A stretch of 64,000 nucleotides of DNA from Lachnospiraceae bacterium (GCA_015258095.1 JABZIV010000003.1:11021-75020); one strand, 5' to 3'. Numbered from the stretch's first letter, positions 1-11,504 are shown. A program made the numbers and translations. The notes: a model not told the origin generated them from the sequence alone.

Positions 1-156
1 GTCATGCTCAACCTGCGCTTCTGCCAAATCGGGGATATCATCGAAAAGTAACTCTCCAAGAGTATCCGGTGTAAGATTCAATAGCTCCTCTCCGGGTCTG
101 TGCAACAGTACTTTTTTCAATTTCTTAATCTCACTGGTTACATGAATGTTAGCCAT
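1..156 (-). CDS. arcA: arginine deiminase, N-terminal 52 codons; the gene continues beyond the left edge of the window
   Basis: Reverse-complement of 1-156 translates to [52 protein letters not shown], the characteristic ArcA N-terminus. A GGAGGAAGAAGAAC RBS precedes the ATG at 154-156. Confidence 0.7.
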   Translation of the reverse strand, partial: MANIHVTSEIKKLKKVLLHRPGEELLNLTPDTLGELLFDDIPDLAEAQVEHD

Positions 157-402
157 GTTCTTCTTCCTCCTTAATAATATGAATTCCTGTAAGAGTATAC
201 CGCGCGCCAGAAATACCCTTGCATTCCTCCTTAATGAACCTCTCGCTTATGAAGTGCTGTCTTGTCTTGTACATAAATAAATGCACTTTACTTCATCGCC
301 CTCATTGTAAACTTATTATTTAATGAACATGGTAAAATCCATTCAAAAAAATTGTATTTTTTTACAAGAATGAAATAAGTCGTTAAATTTTTGTAAATAA
401 TC

Positions 403-1557
403 TTACTTTCCTTCTTCCAGGCACAAAATGGCTTCTGTAAGGCTTCCCGCCTTTCCTTCCTCCAGTATATGCAATAATCCGTCCATGTCTTCTACAGACA
501 TATGTTTCTTTCCGACATACTGTTCCACATCTTTCGCGAGGAGCAGAGAAAGCTCTCTTTCCTTTGCTTCCAGATTCATCCTTTCTTCCGTACTGTTTTG
601 CCAGCTGCTTTGCAATGTATCCAGTTTCTCTTTTTCCACCTTTTCTATTTCATCACGAATCACTTCTTTTCCTACCGTATCGAAATTATGCAATGCATTT
701 TGCTTCTGGGAGAGGTACGCATTTCTCTCTTCCGTTAAGCGGGCAATCTCATCATCAAAAGAAGATAAGTTATACTGTCCCTCATCCGTATCTTTCCGTA
801 TATCTTTGGCAAGCACTTTTAAAGCCTTTTTATTTTTCAAAATCTTTTTGCGAATCGAGACGCACTGCTTAACCGCCTCTCTGTACTTCCCGACGGTACG
901 ATTCCCCACGAAAACATAAATCCCTCCGAAGAGAAGAATATCCAAAAGATAGATTCCGACGAGAAAGAGGATCCCCCTGTCCTGCAACAGAAAATAATAG
1001 ACGCTTAAAGGAAGGAGCGCAAAAACCAGTAAAAAAAGAAGGAGCAAAATCAGAAACTCCGAAAAACCGACCGGTCTGTACAATACGCTAAACACTTTAT
1101 GCGCAATAAACTCCGGTGCGCCTTCCCGTTTACATATAGCCGCCATCTCTCTTTTCAGCTCTTTGTTTTCCCGTTTGGTTGGCGCGCTTTCTTCCGTGAT
1201 TCTTTCCTTCATTCCCTTATTCTTCGCCGCTTCTCTTTCATTCTGTACCTTTTTGATTTTGCCGTCGCTCTGGCCAATCTTCTCATCATAGGACTTCTCG
1301 AGTTCTTTCTGTCTCTCCCTAATCGTCTTCTCAATCTTATCCTTTACCGCAGTGCTCTCCTTCTCATAAGAGGCCTTCGCATCCTTTTCTTTCAGGAATG
1401 CCTCTTTCAGACTTTCCTGTATCCCCTGATAATTCTCCAGTTCTTCTTTGGCTTTCTCTAAAAAAAGTTTCGGATTTTCACTCTCTACTCCCATATTTTC
1501 CTCCACGGACATAGCGCTTTTCACTAAAGCAAACAGAATCACAAATGATAAAAACAA
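403..1557 (-). CDS. hypothetical membrane protein with N-terminal TM/signal anchor, long Lys/Glu-rich coiled-coil stretches and two central TM helices
   Basis: 384-aa ORF showing hydrophobic segments and heptad-like charged repeats. No family recognised from memory. Confidence 0.45.
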   Translation of the reverse strand: MFLSFVILFALVKSAMSVEENMGVESENPKLFLEKAKEELENYQGIQESLKEAFLKEKDAKASYEKESTAVKDKIEKTIRERQKELEKSYDEKIGQSDGKIKKVQNEREAAKNKGMKERITEESAPTKRENKELKREMAAICKREGAPEFIAHKVFSVLYRPVGFSEFLILLLLFLLVFALLPLSVYYFLLQDRGILFLVGIYLLDILLFGGIYVFVGNRTVGKYREAVKQCVSIRKKILKNKKALKVLAKDIRKDTDEGQYNLSSFDDEIARLTEERNAYLSQKQNALHNFDTVGKEVIRDEIEKVEKEKLDTLQSSWQNSTEERMNLEAKERELSLLLAKDVEQYVGKKHMSVEDMDGLLHILEEGKAGSLTEAILCLEEGK

Positions 1558-1808
1558 ACCGTAAATCTAATGCATACAGGCTACTTATAGCATACTTTTT
1601 TTCTTCTTACAATCCGGCTTCTTTTCTCCCGATAGGCAGGATTCCGTCATAATAAAAAGAAGAAAGGACGTAAGAAAATAAGAAAAATGAGGAGGGAAAA
1701 GAGGATAAAAAAAAGAAGGGACACTTTGACAAAATTCCTTTTTCCATTTACTCTTGGAAAACGGTAAAAAGGGTCGGAATAAAAAAATAAACCGGAAGAA
1801 GGAGAAAG

Positions 1809-2072
1809 ATGTTTCGTTTAAATGGAAAAATCGTAAAAGACGGTAAAATAATCGCTTCCTGTGTTTCAAGACAGGAAGCGAATGTGAATCGAACAAAGAA
1901 GGTCTATGATGCATTGGAAGAGATCTGCCAGCACTTCGACCTTCCTGTTCCAATATGGCTTCCGGCACGAATAAAGGAATTTCAAACCCGTTCCAAAACC
2001 AGTTTTCTCGCGGATTCTTTTCTGGAGGAAATTCCTTTCGATGCGCTGGAAATACAGGTAATTGAGGAGTAA
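1809..2072 (+). CDS. small hypothetical protein (87 aa)
   Basis: ORF preceded by an AAGGAGA RBS. One of the few plus-strand genes and convergent with pgi. No family recognised. Confidence 0.4.
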   Translation: MFRLNGKIVKDGKIIASCVSRQEANVNRTKKVYDALEEICQHFDLPVPIWLPARIKEFQTRSKTSFLADSFLEEIPFDALEIQVIEE

Positions 2073-2075
2073 GGC

Positions 2076-3413
2076 TTATTTCTTTGCAAGTTCCTTTGCA
2101 AGCTCCTCGTAACCGGGCTTTCCAAGAAGCGCAAACATATTCTTCTTGTAACTCTCCACGCCGGGCTGGTTAAACGGATTCACGCCGTTGATATAGGCGG
2201 AAACACCGCAAGCAAATTCAAAGAAATAGAAAAGCTCTCCCAGGGTCTTTTCACACTGCTTATCAATGCGAAGCAGGAAGTTCGGTACTTCCCCGTCGGT
2301 ATGCGCAAGAATCGTTCCGTTCATTGCCGCTTTGTTTACAAAATCGACGGTCTTTCCGGCAAGATAATTCATCCCGTCCGTATCGACTTCTTCTTTTTTC
2401 AGCACGATTTCAGCGCTGCTTTCTTCCACTTCCAAAACCGTCTCAAAATGGAGCCTTGCGCCCTCCTGAATAAACTGCCCCATGGAATGCAGATCGGTTG
2501 TAAAATCCACGGATGCGGGGAAGATGCCGCGATAATTCTTGCCTTCAGACTCTCCGAACAACTGCTTCCACCACTCGGCGATGAAGTGACAGGACGGCTC
2601 ATAGTTCGCAAAAATCTCAATCTTCTTTCCTTTCCGGAGAAGAATATTTCTTGCCGCCGCATATTGCAATGCGGGATTCTCTTCATACGCCTTCGAGAGA
2701 AGCGCTTTCCTGATGGACGCGGCACCCTCCATGAGCGCAGTGATATCCGCTCCGCTCACAGCAATAGGCAGAAGACCGACTGCCGTAAGTACGGAATATC
2801 TTCCGCCAACGTCGTCCGGTACCACAAATTCTTCATAGCCCATCTCATCCGCCAGGCTCTTTAATGCTCCGCGTTTTTTATCCGTAGTCGCATAAATCCG
2901 CTTCGCCGCTTCTTCTTTTCCGTACTTTTTCTCCAGCATCTCCTTAAAGACCCGGAAAGCAATCGCCGGCTCCGTCGTTGTCCCGGACTTCGAAATAATA
3001 TTGACAGAGAAATCTTTTCCGCTTAAAAGCGACTGGAGATCCGCGATATAGCGAGAGGAGATGTTATTTCCCACATAGTAAATCTCCGGTGCCTTTCTCT
3101 GTTCCTTACTCAATTCATTATAAAAACTGTGATTTAAAAACTCATTTGCCGCTCTTGCCCCAAGATAGGAACCGCCGATACCGATAACCAAAAGGACATC
3201 CGAATCCTTCCGAATCTTCTCCGCAGCCTTCAAAATGCGCTGAAACTCCGCTTTGTCGTACTGCTCCGGAAGGTCTACCCAGCCGAGAAAATCATTTCCC
3301 GCGCCGGTTCCTTTCACCAGGATATCCTTTGCAAGCTCTGTCTGCGCTTTAAAATTCTGCATTTCTTCTTCAGAAACAAATCTTCTTGCTTTCGATAAAT
3401 CAAATTGAAGCAT
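2076..3413 (-). CDS. pgi: glucose-6-phosphate isomerase
   Basis: 445-aa protein with [11 protein letters not shown] and other PGI family motifs. A GGAGAAGGAA RBS lies before the ATG. Confidence 0.9.
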   Translation of the reverse strand: MLQFDLSKARRFVSEEEMQNFKAQTELAKDILVKGTGAGNDFLGWVDLPEQYDKAEFQRILKAAEKIRKDSDVLLVIGIGGSYLGARAANEFLNHSFYNELSKEQRKAPEIYYVGNNISSRYIADLQSLLSGKDFSVNIISKSGTTTEPAIAFRVFKEMLEKKYGKEEAAKRIYATTDKKRGALKSLADEMGYEEFVVPDDVGGRYSVLTAVGLLPIAVSGADITALMEGAASIRKALLSKAYEENPALQYAAARNILLRKGKKIEIFANYEPSCHFIAEWWKQLFGESEGKNYRGIFPASVDFTTDLHSMGQFIQEGARLHFETVLEVEESSAEIVLKKEEVDTDGMNYLAGKTVDFVNKAAMNGTILAHTDGEVPNFLLRIDKQCEKTLGELFYFFEFACGVSAYINGVNPFNQPGVESYKKNMFALLGKPGYEELAKELAKK

Positions 3414-3625
3414 TTCCTTCTCCTTTTCTTAAAACCATCCTAAACCATACTCTATATGAAGAATTAAATTCCACACAACTTCCGTTATTATAAAAACAGG
3501 CAAGAGGACACGCAAGTCTTTCTTCCCTGTTTTCCAAATCTTTTCTTAAAAATATGTTAAAATCCCAAAGACAAATTTATGCGGATGAAGAAGAAACTCT
3601 CCGCAAAAACCGAGCCTGCTTCAAA

Positions 3626-4312
3626 TCAAACTCTGCGCAAAAACTCCAACATAAAATTCACCGTTTTTTCTATGGCCTTTGTTTCAAATTCCTCGTACAC
3701 CGCCTCATTATTTGCCTCATCGGAAATAAAGCGAAGAATCACAAAAGGAACGCCGTTCTTTGTGGCAATCTGCGCAATAGCGGCACCCTCCATTTCACAG
3801 CATGCGGCATCAAAGGTCTTCTTTAAATATTCCTTTGTTTCATGAGAGGATACAAAGCGGTCTCCGGTTACTACCCGTCCTATAAAGCTATTGTGCTCCG
3901 GATTAATTTTCTGATTCACCTCTACGGCAAGTTCCAGAAGGCGCGCGTCCGCATCATACCCTACTTTCTTGTCTCCCGGCACTTTCCCGAGAGGATAGTC
4001 AAAGCGTGTCACATCCACATCGTATTGTACGGCATCTTTCGAAATGACCAAATCCAAAATATGCACTTCGGGAGAAATCGCGCCGGCAATCCCGGTATTA
4101 AAAATATAGCTCGGTTGAAAGCGGTCAATCAAAGCCTGTGTACACGCTGCCGCATTGCATTTTCCGATTCCGGCACGAACCAGTACCACTTCCTTTCCGG
4201 AAAGTTTCCCCTTATAGAAATGATAGGGACCCTGCACAATTTCTTCCCGCTCTTCACAGCGCTTAACCAAGTGGGCAACTTCCTCCTCCATGGCACCGAT
4301 GATTCCGATCAT
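3626..4312 (-). CDS. mtnN: 5'-methylthioadenosine/S-adenosylhomocysteine nucleosidase
   Basis: 228 aa with MIGIIGAMEEE at the N-terminus and the overall MTA/SAH nucleosidase pattern. Confidence 0.85.
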   Translation of the reverse strand: MIGIIGAMEEEVAHLVKRCEEREEIVQGPYHFYKGKLSGKEVVLVRAGIGKCNAAACTQALIDRFQPSYIFNTGIAGAISPEVHILDLVISKDAVQYDVDVTRFDYPLGKVPGDKKVGYDADARLLELAVEVNQKINPEHNSFIGRVVTGDRFVSSHETKEYLKKTFDAACCEMEGAAIAQIATKNGVPFVILRFISDEANNEAVYEEFETKAIEKTVNFMLEFLRRV

Positions 4313-4333
4313 TTTCTTTTCTCCTTCTCTATA

Positions 4334-5410
4334 CTAAGATTTCTTATCCAGAACGGATTGAATGACGTCCAGCACATTCTTTCTGCCGTCTCTTTCTTTG
4401 GATGCTTCCATCGCTTTGATGTATTTCTCTTTATTCTCACGAAGCTTTTCCAAGCAGTCCGGGAGTATCGCGGGATTCTCTTCCAATTCTTCCTGCGGAA
4501 GCACTACGGAAAAGCCCTGAGCCGAAAAGGACGCCGCATTTAATATCTGGTCTCCCCGAGAAGCCTTTTTCGGTAAGGGAATCAGGATATTCGGCTTTTT
4601 TAAAGCCAGAATCTCATAAATAACATTTGCCCCGGCACGGGAAATCACGAAATCCGCTGCCTGATAGAGGTCGGCGAGCTCCTCCTTCACATAAGCAAAT
4701 TGCTTATAATAAGCCAGTGCTTCTAAAGATTCGTCCAGATTATGCTTTCCGCAAATATGAATGATATCATACTGTTCGCCGAGCGCTTTGCAATTTGCAC
4801 GAACAGCTTGATTGATGGCGACCGATCCGAGACTCCCTCCGATAACCATGAGTACCGGTTTTTCTCCGGAGAAGCCGCAGCGCTTTAAGCCCTCTTCCCG
4901 GCTTCCTAAAAGCAGTTCCGCCCGAATCGGCGCTCCGGTACAAACCGCCTTGCCTCTGGGCAGAAGTTTCGCCGTCTCCTGGAAATTACAGCAAATTTTC
5001 TTTGTAAAGGGAATGGTCAGCTTGTTCGCCAGTCCGGGTGTGATATCCGACTCATGACAAATAATGGGGATACCGAGACTTGCCGCCGCAAAGATAACCG
5101 GCACTGCAACAAAGCCGCCCTTGGAAAAGACGAGATCAATGTTCCATTCCTGAATCCGCTTTCTTGCCTGAAAGAAACCGGCTACAACCCGGAAGGGATC
5201 CGTTAGATTCCGCAAAGAAAAATAACGACGAAACTTTCCTGTGGAGATGCCAAAATAAGAAAGACCGGCACTTTCGGCGAGTTCCTTCTCAATGCCGTCC
5301 CGGGAACCCATATAAAAAACCGTATGTTCTTTTCTCAGTTCCGGAAGAAGGGCGAGGTTTGCCGTAACATGCCCTGCTGTTCCGCCTCCGGTAAGCAAAA
5401 TATTAGCCAT
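4334..5410 (-). CDS. murG: UDP-N-acetylglucosamine--N-acetylmuramyl-(pentapeptide) pyrophosphoryl-undecaprenol N-acetylglucosamine transferase
   Basis: 358 aa with the LLTGGGTAGHV N-terminus typical of MurG. Confidence 0.9.
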   Translation of the reverse strand: MANILLTGGGTAGHVTANLALLPELRKEHTVFYMGSRDGIEKELAESAGLSYFGISTGKFRRYFSLRNLTDPFRVVAGFFQARKRIQEWNIDLVFSKGGFVAVPVIFAAASLGIPIICHESDITPGLANKLTIPFTKKICCNFQETAKLLPRGKAVCTGAPIRAELLLGSREEGLKRCGFSGEKPVLMVIGGSLGSVAINQAVRANCKALGEQYDIIHICGKHNLDESLEALAYYKQFAYVKEELADLYQAADFVISRAGANVIYEILALKKPNILIPLPKKASRGDQILNAASFSAQGFSVVLPQEELEENPAILPDCLEKLRENKEKYIKAMEASKERDGRKNVLDVIQSVLDKKS

Positions 5411-5822
5411 GACACTCCTTCTTTATCTTTTCTCCCAAAGCGTGCATCTCGCCTTCTTCGTACGTTCCCGGCGTCCAATTCACGATATTTCCTTCTTTTC
5501 CGAAGCGCGGAATAATATGCGTATGAAAATGGGCTACCGTCTGCCCAGCAACCTCTCCATTATTCTGCACAATATTGCAGCCCTTTGCTCCTGTCGCGTG
5601 AATCACCGCTTTCGCCACTTTCTTTGCGAGCGGAAAAACCTTGGCAAGGGTTTCCTCGTCGAGCGAAAAAAGATCCGCCGCATGTTTTTTCGGCAGAATC
5701 AGAGCATGTCCCTTCACCCCCGGCGCAATGTCCAAAATGACGCGAAAGTCCGCATCCTCATATACAGTCTCCGAAGGAATCTCACCGTTAGCAATCTTGC
5801 AAAAAATACAATCCGTACTCAT
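5403..5822 (-). CDS. HIT family (histidine triad) protein
   Basis: HFHTHIIP histidine-triad motif. Start chosen at MSTDCIFCKI, which has a perfect AAGGAGGTAAAA RBS; the ORF track extends to 5840. Confidence 0.8.
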   Translation of the reverse strand: MSTDCIFCKIANGEIPSETVYEDADFRVILDIAPGVKGHALILPKKHAADLFSLDEETLAKVFPLAKKVAKAVIHATGAKGCNIVQNNGEVAGQTVAHFHTHIIPRFGKEGNIVNWTPGTYEEGEMHALGEKIKKECHG

Positions 5823-5868
5823 TTTTACCTCCTTATCCATAGGACCATTTTATTGTTTTCAAATCTAT

Positions 5869-8697
5869 CTACTGCAAATACTTCTTCAAATACTGCCCTG
5901 TATAAGACTTCGGATTCTTTGCCACCTCTTCCGGCGTTCCCGTACATACGACGGTCCCTCCTCCGGAGCCTCCTTCCGGTCCCATATCGATAAGATAATC
6001 TGCGCACTTAATCACATCCAAGTTATGTTCAATAACCAGGACTGTGTTGCCGCCATCAGCCAATCTCTGCAACATTTCCACCAGTTTCCGGACGTCCTCG
6101 AAATGCAGTCCCGTCGTCGGCTCATCCAGAATATACAAGGTCTTTCCTGTTCCTCTTCGGCTAAGCTCCGTGGCAAGCTTAATCCGCTGCGCTTCTCCTC
6201 CGGAGAGTTCTGTACTCGGCTGTCCCAAACGAATATAAGACAGTCCAACATCCATGAGCGTTTGCATTTTCCTGCTGATACTCGGCACATTTTCAAAGAA
6301 AGCCAAAGCTTCTTCCACCGTCATATTTAAAACATCATAAATATTCTTTCCTTTGTACTTCACTTCCAGCGTCTCTCGATTGTAGCGTTTTCCGTTACAT
6401 ACTTCGCAAGGAACATAAACGTCCGGGAGGAAATGCATCTCTATCTTCACAATCCCGTCTCCACCGCAGGCTTCACACCGTCCGCCTTTCACATTAAAGG
6501 AAAAACGCCCTTTTGTATAGCCCCTTTCCTTCGCATCCTTGGAGCTTGCGAAGAGATCTCGAATCAGATCAAAAACCCCGGTGTAGGTCGCCGGATTCGA
6601 ACGGGGAGTTCTGCCGATGGGACTCTGGTCGATTGCAATAACCTTATCCAAGTACTCCGTTCCTTCTATCTTTCGAAACTTTCCCGGTACCATCTTCGCC
6701 TTATTCAAGACCTTTGCACAGTACTTATGTACGATTTCATTGACAAGAGAAGACTTTCCCGAACCCGAAACGCCGGTTACACAAGTAAAAATCGAAAGAG
6801 GAATCGAGACATCAATATTTTTTAAATTGTTCTCCTCCGCACCGTAAACATCCAATGTATGAATAAAGTTGCGTCTCTCTTTCGGCAGTGGAATTCTCTT
6901 CTTTCCGCAGAGATACTGTCCGGTGATAGAAGCCGGATTCTGCATGATTTCTTCCGCAGTTCCCGTAGCAATCACTTCACCGCCATGTTCTCCGGCACCC
7001 GGGCCGATATCCACAATCATATCCGCTTCTCGCATCGTATCTTCATCATGCTCTACCACGATAACGGAATTTCCGAGATCCCGAAGACGTTTTAAAGTGG
7101 CAATCAGTTTATCGTTATCTCTCTGATGTAAACCGATACTCGGCTCATCCAGGATATAGGCTACACCGACCAGTCCTGAACCAATCTGCGTGGCAAGACG
7201 AATTCTCTGTGCCTCTCCCCCTGAGAGCGTTCCCGCCGAACGGGACAGGCTCAGGTAATTCAAGCCTACATCCAACATAAAGCGGGATCGCGCCTTGATT
7301 TCCCGCACAATCTGTTCCGCAATCTTCGCCTGCATTTCTTTCAAGTGAATGGAAGAAATCCAGTCATAAAAGCTGTCCATCGGAAGCAAGCTTGCTTCAT
7401 AGATATTTTTCTCCCCCACGGTGACGGCAAGAGAGGAAGGTTTCAGCCTTGCCCCATGACAGGCAGGGCAGGGAGTGACCCGCATATACTGCTCATACTC
7501 CGCCTTCATTTTTTCCGAAAAGCACTCCTTATACCGCCTCTCTACATTGTTTACAAGCCCTTCAAAAGCAACCTTATGTACATTCCCTCTCCCGTACTGG
7601 GAGACATAGTGCACCGTCACGGTCTCTCCGTGTGTTCCGTTGATAATGATGTCCTTCACCTTCTCCGAAAGATCCTGAAAGGGAGTATCCAGAGAGAAGC
7701 CGTATTTCTCACTGAGAGCGACGAGCATGGCATGGGTAAAACTCCCCTCATCCTTAGAATTCATCCAGCCCAGGACAGAAATAGCCCCTTCATGAATCGA
7801 AAGACGCTCATCCGGTATCATCAGTTTCACATCGAATTCCATCTTATACCCGATACCGAAGCAAGTGGGGCAGGCCCCGAAGGGATTGTTAAAAGAAAAA
7901 CTTCTCGGTTCGATTTCTTCAATACTTGTTCCGTCAAAGGGACAGGCAAAATTCGTCGAAAGCTGCAACTCCTCTCCATTTAGAAAATCCACCAAAAGGA
8001 GACCGTTACTTAAAGAAAGAACCTGTTCGATGGAATCCGTAAGTCGTTTTTCAATCCCTTTTCGTACAACCAGTCTGTCCACCAGAACTTCAATCGTATG
8101 CTTGATGTTCTTTTCCAGATGAATCTCTTCTTCCAGTTCATAGAGACTTCCATCGATTCTCACCCGTACATAGCCCGAACGGCGAAGACTTTGCAGAAGT
8201 TTTTCGTGCATTCCTTTCTTTCCGCGCACCACCGGCGCAAAAAGCTGCATCTTCGTTCCTTCCTCTTGCCTCATGAGAAGATCTACCATCTCATCTACCG
8301 TTTGCTTCTTGATTTCTCTTCCGCAAACCGGGCAATGCGGGATTCCCACCCTCGCATAAAGAAGACGCATATAATCATAAATCTCCGTTACGGTTCCGAC
8401 TGTGGATCTGGGATTCCGATTAGTAGACTTCTGGTCAATGGAAATGGCAGGAGAAAGTCCTTCTATGAGCTCCACATCCGGTTTCTCCATCTGTCCAAGG
8501 AACTGCCTTGCGTAAGAAGAAAGGGACTCCATGTACCGACGTTGTCCCTCGGCGTAGATTGTATCAAAAGCAAGAGAAGACTTTCCCGAACCCGAAAGGC
8601 CGGTCAAAACCACCAAAGAATCTCGTGGAATATCGAGATCAATATGCTTTAAATTATGTTCGTTTGCGCCACGAATCTTGATCCATTTTTTCTCCAA
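5869..8697 (-). CDS. uvrA: excinuclease ABC subunit A
   Basis: 942 aa with two ABC ATPase modules ([20 protein letters not shown]) and zinc-finger cysteines. Confidence 0.95.
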   Translation of the reverse strand: MEKKWIKIRGANEHNLKHIDLDIPRDSLVVLTGLSGSGKSSLAFDTIYAEGQRRYMESLSSYARQFLGQMEKPDVELIEGLSPAISIDQKSTNRNPRSTVGTVTEIYDYMRLLYARVGIPHCPVCGREIKKQTVDEMVDLLMRQEEGTKMQLFAPVVRGKKGMHEKLLQSLRRSGYVRVRIDGSLYELEEEIHLEKNIKHTIEVLVDRLVVRKGIEKRLTDSIEQVLSLSNGLLLVDFLNGEELQLSTNFACPFDGTSIEEIEPRSFSFNNPFGACPTCFGIGYKMEFDVKLMIPDERLSIHEGAISVLGWMNSKDEGSFTHAMLVALSEKYGFSLDTPFQDLSEKVKDIIINGTHGETVTVHYVSQYGRGNVHKVAFEGLVNNVERRYKECFSEKMKAEYEQYMRVTPCPACHGARLKPSSLAVTVGEKNIYEASLLPMDSFYDWISSIHLKEMQAKIAEQIVREIKARSRFMLDVGLNYLSLSRSAGTLSGGEAQRIRLATQIGSGLVGVAYILDEPSIGLHQRDNDKLIATLKRLRDLGNSVIVVEHDEDTMREADMIVDIGPGAGEHGGEVIATGTAEEIMQNPASITGQYLCGKKRIPLPKERRNFIHTLDVYGAEENNLKNIDVSIPLSIFTCVTGVSGSGKSSLVNEIVHKYCAKVLNKAKMVPGKFRKIEGTEYLDKVIAIDQSPIGRTPRSNPATYTGVFDLIRDLFASSKDAKERGYTKGRFSFNVKGGRCEACGGDGIVKIEMHFLPDVYVPCEVCNGKRYNRETLEVKYKGKNIYDVLNMTVEEALAFFENVPSISRKMQTLMDVGLSYIRLGQPSTELSGGEAQRIKLATELSRRGTGKTLYILDEPTTGLHFEDVRKLVEMLQRLADGGNTVLVIEHNLDVIKCADYLIDMGPEGGSGGGTVVCTGTPEEVAKNPKSYTGQYLKKYLQ

Positions 8698-8734
8698 GAT
8701 ATACCTCTTTCCAACTATCTCTATACTCTATTTT

Positions 8735-9253
8735 TTACAAAGTATTCTTCCAATCCAGAAAACGCCTATGCAAACGCTTCTCTAAAAGAGCGGAAAGCAC
8801 TCCCATCATGATTCCTGCCAGCATACCGGCAAAAAGAAGAACGGGAAAATAGGCAAAAAGAACAGGACTCCGGAGCAAAAACACTGCCATAAGAATTTGC
8901 CCCAGATTATGAAATATACCGCCAAGAAGACTCACTGCAAGATAAGAGAAATGCATGCATTTCTTTGCACAGAACATCACCGCAAAGCTGAGCAGGAATC
9001 CTGCCATGGAATAACTGAGTGTCATCATATTCCCAAATAATATCGCGAGCAGTAAGACACGAAGCAGCGTGATTATCGCAGTCGGTACCGCACCGATGGA
9101 AAATAAGCCAAGGATACTCACAATATTGGCCAATCCCAACTTAATTCCCGGTATCGGAAAAGGCATCGGAAGGAGAGACTCCACGTAGCCTAAAATCATG
9201 GACAAGGCAAGAAACATTGCGTATGCCGTTAATTTCTTCGTATTTTTCCCCAT
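8735..9253 (-). CDS. Gx transporter family membrane protein (heptaprenyl diphosphate synthase component I-like, COG4769)
   Basis: 172-aa polytopic membrane protein with the N-terminal pattern [36 protein letters not shown]. Confidence 0.65.
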   Translation of the reverse strand: MGKNTKKLTAYAMFLALSMILGYVESLLPMPFPIPGIKLGLANIVSILGLFSIGAVPTAIITLLRVLLLAILFGNMMTLSYSMAGFLLSFAVMFCAKKCMHFSYLAVSLLGGIFHNLGQILMAVFLLRSPVLFAYFPVLLFAGMLAGIMMGVLSALLEKRLHRRFLDWKNTL

Positions 9254-9330
9254 TTTCCCCCATTTCCACCTGTTTTTCTGATAGCGTTCCTAGTTTATCA
9301 CTTCTACGTCCATAAAAAAATCTTATTTTC

Positions 9331-9355
9331 CATTTCTACAAAAAAAGAGCGGCTA
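9331..9355 (-). terminator. intrinsic terminator downstream of cspA (hairpin GCGGC-TATGC-GCCGC followed by a U-run on the minus strand)
   Basis: Inverted repeat at 9339-9353 with an A-run at 9331-9337 on the plus strand. It lies ~200 nt after the csp stop codon. Confidence 0.5.
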
Positions 9356-9558
9356 TGCGCCGCCCTGCTTCTTTTCTTTTAACTTGCCACTTCTTGCAAT
9401 GCTATATCCCTTCCCGAAGCGCTCTGCCCGGGAGTGGATTCTATATTACAATACGGTACAAAACTAAAGAGAAAGTGAGATGACTGATGCTTTGTGTCGT
9501 GTTCCCCATGCTGTCCTAAGCACTTCCCAGGTCCTGTACGCAAAGCTAATCGAATCTC

Positions 9559-9771
9559 TTAAAGCTTTACTACATTGGTAGCCTGAGGTCCTTTAGCACC
9601 ATCAACTACTTCAAACTCTACTGCCTGTCCTTCTTCCAAAGACTTGAAGCCTTCTCCGGACAATCCAGAGTAGTGTACGAATACGTCCTTTCCTGTCTCG
9701 TCAGAGATGAATCCGTATCCCTTTTGGTTGTTAAACCACTTTACTGTACCTTTCATTACTATATCCTCCAA
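9559..9771 (-). CDS. cspA: cold-shock protein (CspA family)
   Basis: 70 aa: [32 protein letters not shown] with RNP1/RNP2 motifs. Confidence 0.9.
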   Translation of the reverse strand: MEDIVMKGTVKWFNNQKGYGFISDETGKDVFVHYSGLSGEGFKSLEEGQAVEFEVVDGAKGPQATNVVKL

Positions 9772-9934
9772 AAAACGATTGTAACCGAAATTGATTACAA
9801 CAGGTTAAGGATAACATACCCCTTCATCACAGTCAACTAATATTCTTCGAAAGGAACGATTGTTTTAGGTGATTTCGCTATATGAAATCCTTCTTTTTTC
9901 TTCCGAACCTTCTCGGAATACACGGAACCGCAGT

Positions 9935-10813
9935 TTAGCGATGGAGCAGCTCCTCCAGTTCTTTCTCACTGAAAAGATAACGCTTATTACAGAAATCACA
10001 ACGGACTTCCTGCGCTTTATGATCCTCAATCAACGACTGAATCTCTTTCTTCCCAAGCGAAATCAACGCTTTCTCTACCCGTTCTCTGCTGCAATTACAA
10101 TAATAGGATAAAGCTCTTTTCTCATGGATTTCCGGAGAAAAATCCCCCAATAAAAAAGTCAGCATACTCTCCGGCGTTTTTCCATCTTTTAACAAATCCG
10201 TTACGGAATGAACCGTTTTCAGCTTTTCTTCCAGTTTATCCAGAAGGCTTTCTTCCGCAAAAGGAAGCAATTGAATGATAAATCCGCCTGCCGCCTCTAC
10301 CGTATTTTCCTTATTGAGAAGGACTCCCAATCCCACGGAAGACGGAATCTGCTCACTAATACTGTAATACGCATTAATATCCTCGGCAATCTCTCCGCTG
10401 AGCAGTTCTGTCTGCCCGACATAAGGCTCGCCCAAACCGTTATCCCGGATGACGGAAAGAAATCCCTTTCCTACCGCACCGCCGACATTCAGATGACCGT
10501 CTTTCTTTGCAGGAAGAATTACATAAGGATTGCCACAACTTGCTTTGACCGTACCATGGGAATCCGCTGTTGCAAGCAGACTTTTCATGGGGCCGTCCCC
10601 TTTCACGGAAAGGGTAATCAGATCCTTCTCCCCTTTTAAGTCCATTCCCATCATCAGGGCGGCACTCATCAGCCGTCCAAGGGCTGCCGTTGCAATCGGA
10701 GAGGTATTATGTATGGCACGCTGCGCCTCTGCGGTATCCCTCGTCGTGCAAAGGAATGCCCGAATCTGTCCCTCTGCCGCTGTCGCTCTAATTAAATAAT
10801 CATTACTACTCAT
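9935..10813 (-). CDS. hslO: redox-regulated molecular chaperone Hsp33
   Basis: C-terminal CNCSRE...CDFCNKRY zinc centre. Start set at MSSNDYLIRA by alignment to HslO N-termini. Confidence 0.85.
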   Translation of the reverse strand: MSSNDYLIRATAAEGQIRAFLCTTRDTAEAQRAIHNTSPIATAALGRLMSAALMMGMDLKGEKDLITLSVKGDGPMKSLLATADSHGTVKASCGNPYVILPAKKDGHLNVGGAVGKGFLSVIRDNGLGEPYVGQTELLSGEIAEDINAYYSISEQIPSSVGLGVLLNKENTVEAAGGFIIQLLPFAEESLLDKLEEKLKTVHSVTDLLKDGKTPESMLTFLLGDFSPEIHEKRALSYYCNCSRERVEKALISLGKKEIQSLIEDHKAQEVRCDFCNKRYLFSEKELEELLHR

Positions 10814-11372
10814 TCTTTGCGAGTTCTCTCTCTCTTTCCTCATCTTTTCTCATGCAACATTTCTTATATTTCTTTCCTGAACCGCAAGGGCACAAATCAT
10901 TCGGATAAATCTTCTTGCTTTCTCTTCTCACTGTACCGGATTTTTTCTGCTCCTTATAGAGTTCTTTTCTTCTCTCTTCCGGTAAAATAGCGTCCCATTC
11001 GGGAAGGTCGTAAAGCCAGGATGCTTTGGCTTCCACCATATTGTAGTAGAGTTTCTCCGGGTCAATCTGAATCTTTACAACGGTATCCTCTTCCATGGTA
11101 TCGATGGGATTATGATACCCGGCAAGAGAATCGTCGATTCCGTCTAAAATGCCCACAAAAATAAACTCTTCAATGCCGAACTGCTCCGCAAGTTCCTTCA
11201 CCGTTCCTTCGTAGACCTTCTTCGGATCGGCAAGAACCTTCTCATAGAAGCCTTTTTCTAAAGAAAAGTACTTCTGCCAGAGCGCTTCCTGCTCATTCTT
11301 ATTCATCCCGTTCCCGTAAGCCGCATTTCTCCAATTTTCAAGTAAAGTTGCCATAGTATTCTCCATTCTCAT
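10806..11372 (-). CDS. SEC-C metal-binding motif protein (YecA-like)
   Basis: C-terminal CPCGSGKKYKKCC SEC-C motif in a 188-aa protein. Confidence 0.6.
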   Translation of the reverse strand: MRMENTMATLLENWRNAAYGNGMNKNEQEALWQKYFSLEKGFYEKVLADPKKVYEGTVKELAEQFGIEEFIFVGILDGIDDSLAGYHNPIDTMEEDTVVKIQIDPEKLYYNMVEAKASWLYDLPEWDAILPEERRKELYKEQKKSGTVRRESKKIYPNDLCPCGSGKKYKKCCMRKDEERERELAKNE

Positions 11373-11504
11373 TTTTCTATAGAATCGTCCGCTTCCTTCT
11401 TATCGTCGGAAGGCTGCGGAAGACAAAAAGTTCTTTCAAAAAGTACTTTCTTTTTACTCCGCCGCAAACTCAAACTGCATTATTATAACGGAAATAAAGC
11501 ACTT

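Noticed and set aside
160-260. Duplicated TTAAGGAGGAA element upstream of arcA suggesting a 17-codon uORF ([17 protein letters not shown])
   Set aside because: The first GGAGG is only 1-2 nt from the ATG, too close for initiation. It is more likely a sequence duplication in the leader than a leader peptide.
1585-1968. 127-aa minus-strand ORF across a purine-rich tract
   Set aside because: Low-complexity Phe/Leu/Ser-rich translation. It overlaps the better-supported plus-strand small gene and its promoter region. No RBS.
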